Assembly (NCBI GenBank): GCA_021432655.1
Contig: MU271374.1
Span: forward strand, 1-64,000
DNA: 64,000 bases
Direction of reading: 5' to 3'
Source: Atractiella rhizophila
Lineage: Eukaryota
The position numbers and the translations under genes are program-made. The notes beneath the pieces are model-generated. The model ran no database searches. It saw only the letters and a list, made by a program, of their open reading frames with translations, and was not told where the DNA came from. Below are positions 1 to 12,170 of the stretch, piece after piece (the first letter of the stretch is position 1; every line of letters starts with the position of its first letter).

Positions 1-1015
1 AACAGGTCCTTTGCTCTCTTGAGTTCCTCCCGTTTAGCCTTCGCTTCTTGACGGGTAAGGGTGAGTGGAGAGATGGCGAGGAAGAGAATGGAGCGGGTGG
101 AGGTCGGTTGGGAGGAGGTGCGGGAGAGATGAGGGAAGAGAGAGGTGAGCAGGATGGAGGGTGGGAGTGCGTGACGGATGTCGGTTAGTGACGGTAGGTG
201 TGTGCGACCGTTGGAGAAGAGCGGGGTGGTGTGGAGACGTAGCCGTTGTTGTAATGTTTGCAAAGTTCGAAGGAGACGTGCTGGTAGAGCTATAGTCGCC
301 TATCAGCATATTTTCTGTGGACCCTTAGAGAAGAAATTCAAGTAATGTGCTGAGTACTGAGCTTGCAGTCCCAGGATTAGGAGAGCAGAGAGCCCAGGAG
401 CAGGCAAGAGAACGGGTTCAAATTGTTGCGTCATAGAAATTTTCTTTTGATGGTGGATGGTGGGAAGCGGACGCGTTAAATTCAACCACCCAAGGCTGAT
501 TCTCGTGAAGTATATCGCTACAACCGCACTCCTGCGCTACCTCAGATAGAAAATGAGATACAGGACTAACTTTGGATCAAGTACGTAACACGGTCATAAG
601 GGTCACCCTCAACCACTCTCCAATAGTCTAGCTCATTTTCATATCTTCCCGCCTCCTGCAAGAGCATATGCATAGCGACTCCATATGCTCCAGTCACCAC
701 TTGTGCGAGCAGCAGCAACTCTTCAGCCTCTACCTCTTGCTGGATGCCAATCTCCAGATCCCCCTTTTCTGCTTCGGCATCCAGAAAGGTATCTCTAATT
801 ATCTTGAGGAGGTTCTCTCTGGTGGGCAAACGGGAAGAGGAAGCGAGGTTGAGCGCCTTGATGCCTGCTTGCGCGCGAGAAGTAGCCTGTGAGCGAAAGG
901 TGACCGCCTGCGACCTGGGTGCCAGAGAAGGCGATGGGGCGTTGAGCAAAGCTTGGGACACAACGTCAAGGGACGAAGCAGTGAATCTGGTGCTCTCTGA
1001 GGCAAACGACGCCAT
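1..1015 (-). CDS. NCA2: NCA2-like mitochondrial ATP synthase regulation protein (5' part; runs off window start)
   Basis: ATG at 1015 (MASFASEST). The ORF contains LLLAQVVTGAYGVAMHMLLQEA...ELDYWRVVE...YLIQ, resembling the fungal Nca2 N-terminal region, with short introns downstream. Confidence 0.7.
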
Positions 1016-1339
1016 TTTCCTCTCTCCTTCTCTTCGTTTTCTTTCGTCTTGGTTTGGTCGGATGCAGACACGTGATATTTGATCATCAACTACAATCATC
1101 AACGCTTCTTCTTTCCAAGCAGCGACATCCACTTCCGGGTCTGGGTCAAGGTAAATATCTCAAATCATTAGCAGCGCTGCGTGGAAATTGAGTGCACTTC
1201 TCTGTTCACAGAAAGCTTAACTCGATTTCTAATACAAGAACGCCAGCTCCTCTGCACTTTCGAAGCAACAAATCAATCAGCTTACACATTCGTCGCGTCG
1301 TCAAAACATCGTAGGCCTCCTGAAGGCTACTAGAATATC

Positions 1340-4220
1340 ATGGAACACATCAATGGCGACGGCTCCAATGCGGCGGACAGCACTACGGATCCAACCACCT
1401 CCAACGCGCCGACGAACCTGAACACAACAACCGCGACCTCTTCAACCCAAGCACCAGCACGCTCTATCTCGAATGGAGATGTATCAGATATTGCCGAGGA
1501 TGTTCCTACAAAACGAACAATAAAGGGCCTTACTATACCCCAAAGGGAGCTTTCTGCCTCTTCATCTGCATCCACATCCACGTCCACAGCCGCACGTCCT
1601 TCCTCTGTCGCGAGTGGTCCAATCCCCGGCCTCTCAGCTATTTTCCCCGTCCCAGTCCCCGCAAGATCTCGTCCGCCTTCGAATGGTAGCGAGACCAACG
1701 CCCATCGCAACTCCAACGGCAGCGTCGTATCAACACCAAACGGACACCGTACTCCGACGACTTCCACTGGAGCCAAGCAGGATAGTTCGTTAGGCATACA
1801 ATCATATCCCAATGTGGCCACCGGTGGCATTGCTTCGTACCCTGCTCCCGCTTCGGTACAACCTTCGCAGGACGCGTCTTCATCGGAGGAAGAGACGGTG
1901 CCGATGGTCGCCACGCGTAGTAGGCGAACGAACGCAGGGACGAAGATGGCGGCGCTGATTTCGAAGATTGGAGAAATGGAGGAGGAGGAAATGTTTGCTG
2001 AGGTGGCTGGAGATGGAGATTTTGCGATCAAAGAGGGAAAGGAGGAGGGAGATGAGTTTGATTCGGATTTTGGGAGTACGAGTGAGAGCGGGGAGGATGA
2101 GGATGAAGGCGAGAAGGAGATCAGGGAGGAGGAGAAGGAAGAGAGAAGGGTATGTCTCTTGCTGGTCTCATCTGTGATGTGGTTTGCTGATGGATAACAG
2201 GCGAAGAGAGCAAAGAACCAGTTCACCCCTTTCGTCAAAACGACGAAAACGAAACAGCAGAGGCTCATCAAATCGGTACTTAAGCGTTCTCAGTCCTCAG
2301 CAACTCCAACACCGGATGGGGAGGGGACTGGTACTGAGGATGGGGAGGAGCGGCCGAGGAAGAAGCAGAAAGTGGCCTTCGCCGCTGGTGGCGATGTGGA
2401 CGATGGGGAAGGAACTGAAACCTTGAGTGGGGCTGCTGAGTGGGAGGATGGGCGGAGGACCAAGAGCACTAGAACGGCGGCCCTGAAGTACATCAATGAG
2501 GTGGAAGCTAGGGCGGAAAAGGAAAAGGAGCGACTGGTACGCCTCCCTTTTGTTCTCTTGCATATCCCCGTAGATGAACTGACACCGAACATAGGAGAAA
2601 ATTCAAGAGCGCATGAGCAAATCGAAAGCTACGAAGCAAGCCACTAAAGTAAGAGCTTTGACACAAGCGGATCTAATAGCTCAAGCTCTCGAAATTGAAG
2701 AATTGAACAAAGCGTCATTGGTCGACTTCTACGCGCGTGAAGATGAGCGGAGGGAGTTGGAGCGAAAGAAGCAGAAGAGGACAGAGGTTGAAGGCTCTCG
2801 AATCGTCTGGAGAAGCTTCATCGATCCAGCCGCCGAACCGAGACGAGCTGCCATTGAGGAAGTTCGTGGTCCGAGACTCAAGAACCTCAGCACACCTGCC
2901 CTGACGACGGCTGTTGGACAGTCCCCAAATTTTGGAGGCAGTAGAAACGTAATCATCCTCAGAGATTTCACTGGCTCTAAAACGCAAGAAATGACCGCTG
3001 TCTTTGGTGATCATTCCGACTGGGGAGCCGGAGCCAAACCAGGTCCCAATCGTGCAAGGGTCGTGCCACCAGGTTCGTCCACAATTCTCTTATTTGTAAG
3101 CGGGTTTAACAGGTGTTCTGCAGTTCGAAAGGCTGCTATATGCGCAATAACCGGTACTCCTGCCAGATACAAAGATCCTCTCACTGGCCTTCCTTACTCT
3201 TCCATACAATCGTATCAGACAATTCGAGCGTTATCCCAACACCAATTTGCCTGGTCAATCGATCTGAACACCTACACTGGTCGTTATGGAGAAGGTCTCA
3301 GAGATGAAGTGGGACCACCAGCGATGAATGACGCTCCACCTGAATACTACATCTCGCGCACACGTACGGAAAGCCAGGACGGTGTTGTCGTTGCATCAGC
3401 TTCTAGGTTGGACGAGGGGAAGAAGGAGAAGGAAGATAAATCTAAGAAAAAGAAGGAAGGCTCTAAGAAGCGGTCACGGCCGAGAACGTCGACTGTGAAA
3501 GAGGGAGGAAGCGCGAAGAGGAGGAAGAAAAATGAACTCGGTGAAGAAGGGAAGGAAGGATCGCAAAAGCCTCAAATTGTCGAGAAGCAACATCCTCGAA
3601 CTGGAGCCCCATCACCCGCCGCTCCACATCAATCTTCCCAATCAAACGGTCAAGAATCAACTATAGCAATACCTCCGGATCCTGTAAACTCTGATCCTTC
3701 GTCACCTTCTGTACTGGCTCCAGCTCCCAAGATACCCACTGTTTCGCAACCTCCGACAAAGGCCCAAGTCAGTTCACACCATGGCCGTGTAGATCCTCCT
3801 TCTAGCGACCTTTCAAACCGTCCACCGCCTCCAGCTGCTCTGGTTGAAGCAGTGGTTCCACCTGTTGCACCCTCTGGTTTGACACCAGCCACAGTTGCAG
3901 CTTCCTCGTCAGGACAATCGCCAGTCTCGCAACCTACGGGAGGCACAGCTAACGTAGCTTCAGCGATCGATTCTAATGTGCAGCCTTCTGGGTCTTCCCT
4001 ACCCATCGACGCCACAACCGTTCTTCCCGAAACTATTGTCCAGACTGAACTCGAATGCGTTGACGGCGACATTCCCATCGTGGATTTCAAGTCAAATGTA
4101 CCACCAGATCCACCAACGATTCTCAGTTCCACAGAATCAGTTCCACATCCGAAGAATCAGGTCGCGAACGTATCGATGGCCCAACCAGTTTCTTCAGCTG
4201 TTCAGGAAACTGGCCTCTAG
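1340..4220 (+). CDS. VPS72: SWR1 complex subunit Vps72/Swc2 (YL1 family), multi-exon
   Basis: YL1 N motif RSRRTNAGTKMAALI followed by an acidic tract; LTQADLIAQALEIEELNKASL; YL1_C motif CAITGTPARYKDPLTGLPYS. Confidence 0.9.
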
Positions 4221-4634
4221 TCCTTCGTTCTCCTTTTCACTCCATGACCTCCCAGACTGGTCATTTTACCTCAGACATCTGCAATGGCATTACCTGTATG
4301 CAGAAATGATACTTCCCTACGATCCTTTGCCAACATTGTCATAATCACCGATTGAGGATTCGGAAAAGGTCCCTTCCAGTGTAAGAGGTATACGAGGACC
4401 ATGCTTACACAAAGTAATCGGGCACTGTTTCTGTGGGAGTAAGCAGGTCATGCTTCAGTCGACCAAGTCGGCTGCATTCTCACTGCCTGCGCGACAAAAT
4501 ATTGTCTTCATTCTACTCTCCGACTGCACCTTTGTGGAATCATGCTTTGACCTAACGCGGTTTAGCGATGATTGCACAGAGAATTCACGACAATGCAATT
4601 AGGGTATTCCAGGAGACTAACATTATACCGCTCC

Positions 4635-5989
4635 TCAGTCCACAATTAGACGCACTATTGCAAATAGGATATTGATGATTACTCCGAGCACGATACCATT
4701 CTGCCATCACACTTCAGCTCCAGCGGATGTACACTGAAAAGAAAATACGTACCTGCAGTCGAGTGGAGAAGATACCGTGTCTGAAGAAAAGTATGGGGAG
4801 GAAAGGTATGAAAAAGCCAAGTGTTGAGCCCCAAAGAATGGATGTATACGCTCCTTGCGAAGTTTCCTGATTCAGATCTTGATTGGAAGAGAAAGAATCT
4901 AGCCATTGTTCCTCTACACAAGGAGTAAGTTAGAAGCAGCATCAATTCAGTAAGAACAATGACAAACCTAAAGCTCGGGCCGTTTCCTCATCATCTTCGG
5001 CTGCCCCATCTAACCCATTCTTTAAGATTAGCGAAATTAAAGCGGATAAGGATAACCTGCCTATCTCCTGCCCTCGGGCCCTTCTGAAATCTCGCCGCAT
5101 ACTATCAATATCTTCTTCAGAAAAACCCGCTTCCCGCAATCGGTCAAACCCAAGCATAGGCGGTATTTGTTGTCCATCCCGTTCTCGCCGCTCCAGTTCC
5201 TCAGTGGCGCGCTCTGTATCTTCTCCGACAACTCCTTCAGCCAAAGCCGCATTGATCTCAGACGGAGACATCTTTTCTCCGATAGAACAATGCAACCATA
5301 TAGTTTCTTCCGCTTGCTGCACCGACTCTTTCCCTTTCCCTTTTTTCTTCCCTTTTCCACTTGACGGGTCTCGGTCTTCGTTAGGGGGAATACCCAGCCA
5401 TGTCGAGACGTTGTCCGTTGTTGCATTGACAGCATTGACGATTGTAGATGAGGAGCCAAGCTTGGTGTTGTGGTGTGAAAGGAGCGAAGATGTCCATGTT
5501 ACAAGATGTATTGCGTCGGAAAGGATACGCCCATGATGGATGAGACGTAGGTTATAATGCTGCAAGGCAGGACGAAGGAGACGAATCTGCAACAGAACAA
5601 AGAGTCAATACTGGGCAATATGTCAATGCAGTGAGCTTTGAATGCAGAGCTTTGGGAAATATGAAACTTCCCCAAACGTCAACACCATACACAGCTCAAG
5701 TGCCAAGGCAGGGCTGCCACTCTAACAAAGCAGCAAGCAGCAACCTCCGCTCCCATGGACTACCGGGATAATAACAGTATGACGAGAACCTTACCCGCCG
5801 CTTCACATCCCTAACCCTTTCCTTAGCTCCCACCCAGAGATCCAACACATCGTCTGGAGGCTTGGTGTTCTCACTTCCATCTGCTTCAACAATCCCAGCA
5901 AAGCGAATATTGAACGAAAGTCCTTGAGAGTCGCTAGGTGAAGGTGTTCGAATAGGAGAAGGCGTGTACTGTGATTGGGAGGAAGACAT
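4635..5989 (-). CDS. DSC3: DSC E3 ubiquitin ligase complex subunit 3 (DUF2407)
   Basis: Ubiquitin-like N-terminus (IRFAG...VRDVKRRIR...LRLIHHGRIL), then IWLHCSIG and GFDRLREAGFSEEDI. C-terminal TM exons end NGIVLGVIINILFAIVRLIVD* (TGA at 4635-4637). Confidence 0.85.
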
Positions 5990-8950
5990 TGCCTTTCTTT
6001 CTCTGCCTCAGTGTCCGTCGTGGAAGTTTCGCATCTTCTAAATGCGGAGTACCAGCGCAAACAAGGTAAACAAGAATGTGAAGGACGAAGCGTGGTGAAG
6101 AATGGGATGGAACAATTCAAGAGGAGATGAGGATGAAATATCAAATATCTTGGAATGTATCGGTGCAGCAGAAAGAATTAAATTCTTAGCTCGGTTTTTG
6201 AGGGTGTGAGCAAACTTCTCTGTGAGTTTCTTGTTTCATCGAGGCGTTGGGATCAGGTCAAGAATGCAAACCTTCGGTCCTTCACACACATACTTGTTAT
6301 AATTACTATACTTGAATTATGCATTATTTGTGCGTGAAAGCAGAACACCAGTTTATGTCAATTAGTGTATGTCACGTGACCGACATCGGAAACCTGAGAC
6401 AAGCTCAGTACGCCAGACCAAATAATTTGTGTGACTTGTAGAAGAAGGCGCTACATCTTATCTCTATCATTGACTAGACTTCTCGATCTGAGAGTGTCCT
6501 AAGCGCTCCCTTGCCCGAATATGATGCCTACATTTGTAGGTGATTAATTTTGCCTTCAGCGCGTCAACTGGCCGGGATAACACCTGTCTGGACGAGGCCA
6601 ACCTCTGAAACGCGCTGTCCTTTCTGCTATTCTTTATCAATTTTTTTGAGAACTTTCAAACTGTCGTCTCTCCAACATCTCCAAGAAGAAAGGGGTTCTG
6701 TTGTACAAAATCCAGAGCGACACTGTCAGTGTTTCGTCATATCTTGTGTTTTGTGTTCTATATTCTTCACGATACCAAAAGAAAAGGGGTCTTTACGGTG
6801 CCTATGACCTGCATTGCACGGATCGAAGCCTTGGGTACCGATCTGAGGGGCAGGGCATCAACGCAATAATGCCCTCAGGAGACGTTGAAGGTAGTCTCCT
6901 GATTCCCCTCTTTCAATATCCATTCCGTGAAAGTGGAAGTGCACACGAAATCGGGTGTATCACCGAACCTTCTTCTTCCTTGGACTCTTTCGCAAAAAAT
7001 CCTTGTTTGTTGATCGCGTGGTCCAGTGTAGCTTGCCCAATTTGGCGTCAGGATCCTCGGCACCAATCTCCTTAATCTGAGCCGTGATCATTACTTCCTT
7101 GCACCGTCAGATCCTGATTCTCCTCGAGAGTGTTGCTGACGCGAAGCAACATAAACGGAGGACGCGAGCCTCTTCCATTCAGGATCATTCAGAACTACAC
7201 AATCTGACCGTCAGGCCAGTTACGAGCATCATGGAGGCCTCCAGCTGTGCTGGGAACCTGGCCACTCAAGATCTCTTCCTACGCATTTCTTTGTTTTTTT
7301 TGTCAAAGAACCATTGTCGATTTTGTCCATTTCTCGTCCTCAACGGACAATGATTACGCCGGCTTTGAAAAATAATGTCCCGAAGGAAGCAGCCGTGTGC
7401 AGAGCCACACCCGTGCTTTTGTGTCAGCGTGCAATCAACACTCAGCAATTCAACTTAAGAAGTAGATCTTGAATTCCTTTTGTGAATAGTCGCATTTAAC
7501 CCTGAGGTCAGGTTATGGTGACGGTAGTCCTTCGATTCTGGAGCTGAGAATGCCAAAGTATTGGGTACGTATGGCTGCGAGATATAAAGGGAGCTGTCAC
7601 AACCTTCGGTGTGCTTCACTCAAGGGTTCTTCAAACTCAAACATCTTTGCCAGGGATGAACGAGACAGACGAAATTTATATCTGGAAAACGGGGATGGGA
7701 AAGTTGTATTCAGTCCAAGACTTTACCGCGCGCCATGGGTGCAGTTCAGCTGAGGACGTTTTAGTCGGTAGGCAGCTCAAGAGCTCGTTGATTTTACTTT
7801 GACGCTTTGCTCGAAGTCTTTCCTGCAGGTACAGTAGTCGAGCGCAGTTGTAACTCAACTTCATTTCTTTTTGTGAAGGCTCATACCGACGCGTATTGGA
7901 CGCTAATGGGACCGAGTACTTCCCGTCAACGAAAGATGGCTTACTGTGGCTTCGAGGTAAGCCATCAACGTATCGATGCTCTTCTCCTAATCCCTTTCTC
8001 TGTTATTCTCATTCGGTCGCCCTATTTACGAAATATTCGCCTAGGCCAATCGTAAGTCTCTGACAACATCGACCAGCTTGGCTCAACTCACTGAACTTGC
8101 AGTTGCATCTGTCAAATCTTTGACATGGAGAACAAATGTGAGCGGTCGGCCAATTTGCTCTTTTCCCTCAATAATGGTGTGGAAAGACAAAAGACCTGCA
8201 GTCATCAGAAAGCACTTTATTTCTTGCAAGATCCGAGCTGAACTATTCGGCGGCCAGAACGACCCGATCGCGACGTGTTGTTTATTATGGGAAAAGATGT
8301 GAAACCCGTCATCAGAGGTCGATATATAATATAAGCGTTCGGTCGCAGTGTACGTGTATCATATGAAACCGTTGTGTCGATGTGTACTTCCTCAAAAGTA
8401 TCGTAAATCCAGTGGGTAATACTCCAGTGGGGAATTGGTTGCTCACGCTATATCCCAATTACCTGGAATTGGAAAGTCGAGTGAAGTAGAGAGGAGCATT
8501 GGAATACTTTTAGACGTGAAGATCCTACAGCATCATGAGAAGCCAACGAGAACCAACTTCTTTCTCACTTCGTAACGCTTCCTTCAGATTCCCCATCATC
8601 ACCCACAGATTCGCCTCCAACAACTCCATCCCTAAATAACTAGCTCCTGGCGTCCAAAGTCCTATTTATCACCTCTATTCTCGTAAGTCAAGCTCAAAAG
8701 TGGGCAGGAGAGAACCGTGCAGAAGAGAGCGCATTTCGGCGACAGAATCTGGAGCAGCGCTTCGTAACATATAGTCGTTGATTGTGGTAGTCCTGGATTG
8801 ATCGGAAAGAGTGTTGGGAACGCTCCAATTTTGGGTACGGGTGAAGGAGAGGTTGGGTTGGACACCCGAATCCTGGGAGCATTGCTGACGCAATAGAATG
8901 AGTAAAGTAAAACGACAAGGGGAGTGATGCTCACCTCGTGAGGATTTATT
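5790..8950. repeat. Copy 1 of a diverged ~3.2 kb tandem segmental duplication
   Basis: Collinear similarity to 8985-12170. Matched blocks include 5800-5980 vs 8990-9145, GTCACGTGAC at 6371 vs 9504, 7656-8334 vs 10838-11501, and 8480-8945 vs 11640-12170. Boundaries are approximate. Confidence 0.9.
7656..8334 (+). CDS. Small uncharacterised micro-exon protein (~116 aa), putative C2HC Zn-binding; paralog A
   Basis: Exons 7656-7767, 7817-7828, 7879-7956, 8045-8051, 8103-8137, 8187-8274, 8316-8334 are all GT-AG flanked and splice in frame. The structure matches paralog B. The last exon and the start codon are less certain. Confidence 0.75.
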
Positions 8951-9150
8951 GACACGTTCTGTATCTTCTCCAGAGCTGCCTCAGCCACCTTCCGCTTCAC
9001 CTCCTGCACCTTACCTTAGCTCTCCCACCTACCTTCTAGAAGTTCTCGCTTTCCTCATTGACTGAACGATTCCAGCAAAACATACTCAAAAAGGTCCTTG
9101 AGTCGATGGGTGAAGGAGCACGAATTGGAGAAGGTGTACTGGGGTTCGCA
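8530..9150 (-). pseudogene. Decayed chimeric DSC3 exon 1 :: MSS51 3' exon relic at the duplication junction
   Basis: 8985-9150 resembles DSC3 exon 1 (VQEVKRK vs VRDVKRR). 8530-8945 resembles the MSS51 last intron and exon (PGFGCPTQP; PQSTTICYEALLQILSPKCALFCT) with frameshifts and stops. Confidence 0.85.
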
Positions 9151-12100
9151 CAAGTTCACATTTGCTGAAGCTTCGCATCTCCAAAATGCCAAAGGAAGAC
9201 GCAAACTTACGCAAACTAACGCGAACAACCATGACATGGAGAAGGGAATAGTCGGAAGAGAGGATGGGAACAGTTTGGTCAGTCTGGGTGGGAGAAGGCA
9301 GTATATCCTTAGCTTGGGCCTGAGATATCGATGAGAAACCAGTAAGTTTTTACTTATTTGACGAAGTGCTGGATCGTAGTTGCAAACTTCAGATTTCAAA
9401 ATTCGTATCTCTATTGAGCTCGCAGGAATAGTGATATACTCCGACTATGTAATATGTGATGCTGTCAAGAAAGCTAGGGAACAGTTTACGTCAATTGAAG
9501 GATGTCACGTGACGGTCATGAATCTGACCTAAGACTATGATCCGAATGCCTTCAACGAGCAGCCTAATCATACTATGCAACTCGTAGAAGAAGTGATGTG
9601 GACTGGTACACTAGCGCCGTCATTAACTGGAGTTAGCGATCCTGATTGTGTGGACGGAAGTGCTTACATGCTTAGACTTTATTTTTTGTGCTTCTTCGCG
9701 CTTGCGTGAAGTTGACATTGTAAACAAATAATTGCAGCTCCAAAGCGCCGACTGACTGTAATGACAGCTGGATCATACCCCTTTGAAACGGCTCGCTGTC
9801 ATTTCGATTAATGTAATTTCATTCCCAGCAGTTTCTACACTTTCGAAGATGCACGAACCCTATCAGAAGATGCAAATACCACCTATAATAAGTCTTTTTT
9901 TGCCCCGTACTCATCCCAAGACTGGAGAAAGGGCTATCTTTTTGGTTGCGCTGGCTGGAATTGGGTCCATTCGGCGTGATGTGCTTCGATCCGAGGAGGA
10001 ACAGCGCAGGCAGTAATGCCCTAGTAATGCCTTCCAGAGGCATTGAAGTAGGATAGTCTTTAGATTGTTCACTTACAGTGCATGGTGAAAGTGTTGTGAA
10101 AATGTGGGCATCGCCTAACCTTCTTCCTTGACCCCTTCACCCTTCACCAAAGAATACTTGTGATCGGGTGATCCACGTTGATGGGCGTAACCTGCGCAAT
10201 TTTGGCGTCAGTATCTAATCGGCGCCAACCTCCTTAATCTGGTCCTGATCGATGTTCCCTTGTACCCTCAGATTTTCATTAAGCCCGATGTACTGCTGAG
10301 AAAAGTAAGATAGACGGACTATGCGAAAGGCTCCCTACTGGTCTTCCACCATTCACAATCGCGAATTCTGATCGGCGACCTAGTTGGTGTCTGGAGATTT
10401 CGAGCTTTGCTGCGACTATGACATTCAAGCCTTCTTCCCGTCTTCCTCCCTGTTTTTTTAATAAGTGACTACTCTCTCTTTGGTCGATTTCTCGTCCCTA
10501 ACGGACCATGATTGCAGTTTCTTTGGAAACAAATCTCCCGAAGGAAAGACCCGTAGCTGAGCCACACCCGCTCTTTCGTACCTTAGTGCAGTCAACTCAC
10601 TTCTTGATTCAACTGAAGATTTTGATCTGCCTTGAATTTCTGTGTGAGGCCCCAGAACCTCCCATCTTAACCCTGACGGACCTGACGTCTGACACTACTT
10701 TGTGTCTTCGAAGTTTCGGGAACAAAGAATGTCAGTGTTGGTTGGGTATGTTTGGTGACAAAATAAAAAGGCAGCTGTCAGAAGCCTCAGCCTGCTTCGC
10801 CCCTTTAGACTTGCCTTCGAGACGCCTTTGCTAGAGGATGAACGAGACAGACGAAGTTTATGTCTGGAAAACAGGGATGGGCAAGTTGTATTCTGCCGAA
10901 GACTTTACAGCACGTCATGGATGTAGTTCCCCTGAGGACATTTTGATCGGTAAGGACCTCACAAACTCTTTAAATTCATTTTCACGTTTCCTCGAAGTCT
11001 TTCCTGCAGGTACTGTGGTCTTACTGCAATTTAACTCGACCTCATGCCGTTTGTGAAGGCTCTTACCGACGGGTATTGGACGAGAATGGAACCGAGTACT
11101 TTCCTTCAACGAGAGATGGCTTACTCTGGCTTCGAGGTAAGCTCCTCCTAAATTCGTTCACTGCCTTTCGTTCCGTTCACGCACCAAATTTTGCTGCCAG
11201 GTCAATCGTACGTGCCAACAGCTTAAAGAACCTTGGTTCACGGCGACTTTGTAGCTGCATTTGTCAAAGTTTTGACATGGAGAACAAATGTGAGAGTTCG
11301 GTCCTTCCGCGTTTTCCCTTCGAACTAATGGCCTGGACAGACAAACGACCTGCAGTCATCAGAAAGCACTTTATTTCTTGCAGGAGCCGAGCGGAACAGT
11401 TCGGTCAAAACGACCCGATCGCGATGTGTTGTTTATTGTGGGAAAAGATGTGAAACCCCAATCATATCCGCCTGAATTCTTTTGTCAGCGGCCGATATTA
11501 GTGTTTGGATTTTGGGTGTAGTGTAACATGTATCTGGAACCGGTGAGTGCCGGTCTGTACTTTCTCAAAGTATGTTGTAGATGTAGAGGGTAATCGATGG
11601 CTCATGTTTATCTCAAATGCAGGAATTAGTACGAATTTGAGTGAAGTAGTGAGGTGCATTAGAGTACTTTTTAGATAGGAATGGCTCTACAGCATTATGA
11701 GAAGCCCATTAGAACCAACTTCTCTTTTCTCTCACATCATAACGCTTCCCTCTAATTCCCCAGATTCCCCAATTATTCTTTATCATCACCCTCGGATCTG
11801 CCTCCAACACCTCCCATTTCTCACTCCTAAAATAATTCTCTCCAGGCGTCAAAAGCCACTCATACTCACCTTCCACCCCATCCGTCGTCTCCATCGCTCG
11901 CAGGTCACGCTCAACGTCGGCAGGAGAGAAACCGGTGCAAAATAGGGCACATTTTGTTGAAAGGATCTTAAGCAACGCGTCGTGCCATACAGTCGTTGAT
12001 TGTGGCGGTCCTGGATCGATCGGAAGGAGTGTTGGGGACGCTCCAATTTCGGGTACGGCCGAAGGAGGAGGTTGAGTTGGAAACCCGAATCCCGGGGAGA

Positions 12101-12170
12101 AAGCAAAGAAGACATCGCTGATGCAAGGGTTGGTAAAATAAATGCAACAAGGAGTAGCACTCACTGGTAA
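8985..12170. repeat. Copy 2 of the ~3.2 kb tandem segmental duplication
   Basis: See copy 1. Its right end is the functional MSS51 3' exon. Confidence 0.9.
10838..11501 (+). CDS. Small uncharacterised micro-exon protein (~113 aa), putative C2HC Zn-binding; paralog B
   Basis: Exons 10838-10949, 10998-11009, 11059-11136, 11201-11207, 11255-11289, 11341-11425, 11489-11501 give MNETDEVYVWKTGMGKLYSAEDFTARHGCSSPEDILIVFPAGSYRRVLDENGTEYFPSTRDGLLWLRGQSCICQSFDMENKYKRPAVIRKHFISCRSRAEQFGQNDPIAIGRY*. Confidence 0.75.

Noticed and set aside
1330..2271. Long antisense ORFs (e.g. 1330-2271, 19350-20009, 40041-40583)
   Set aside because: They are shadows of the real genes on the opposite strand and have no independent motifs.
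5790..12170. Duplicated units as LTRs or transposon copies
   Set aside because: The unit ends fall inside host genes, and no TIR, TSD, transposase or RT motifs were seen.
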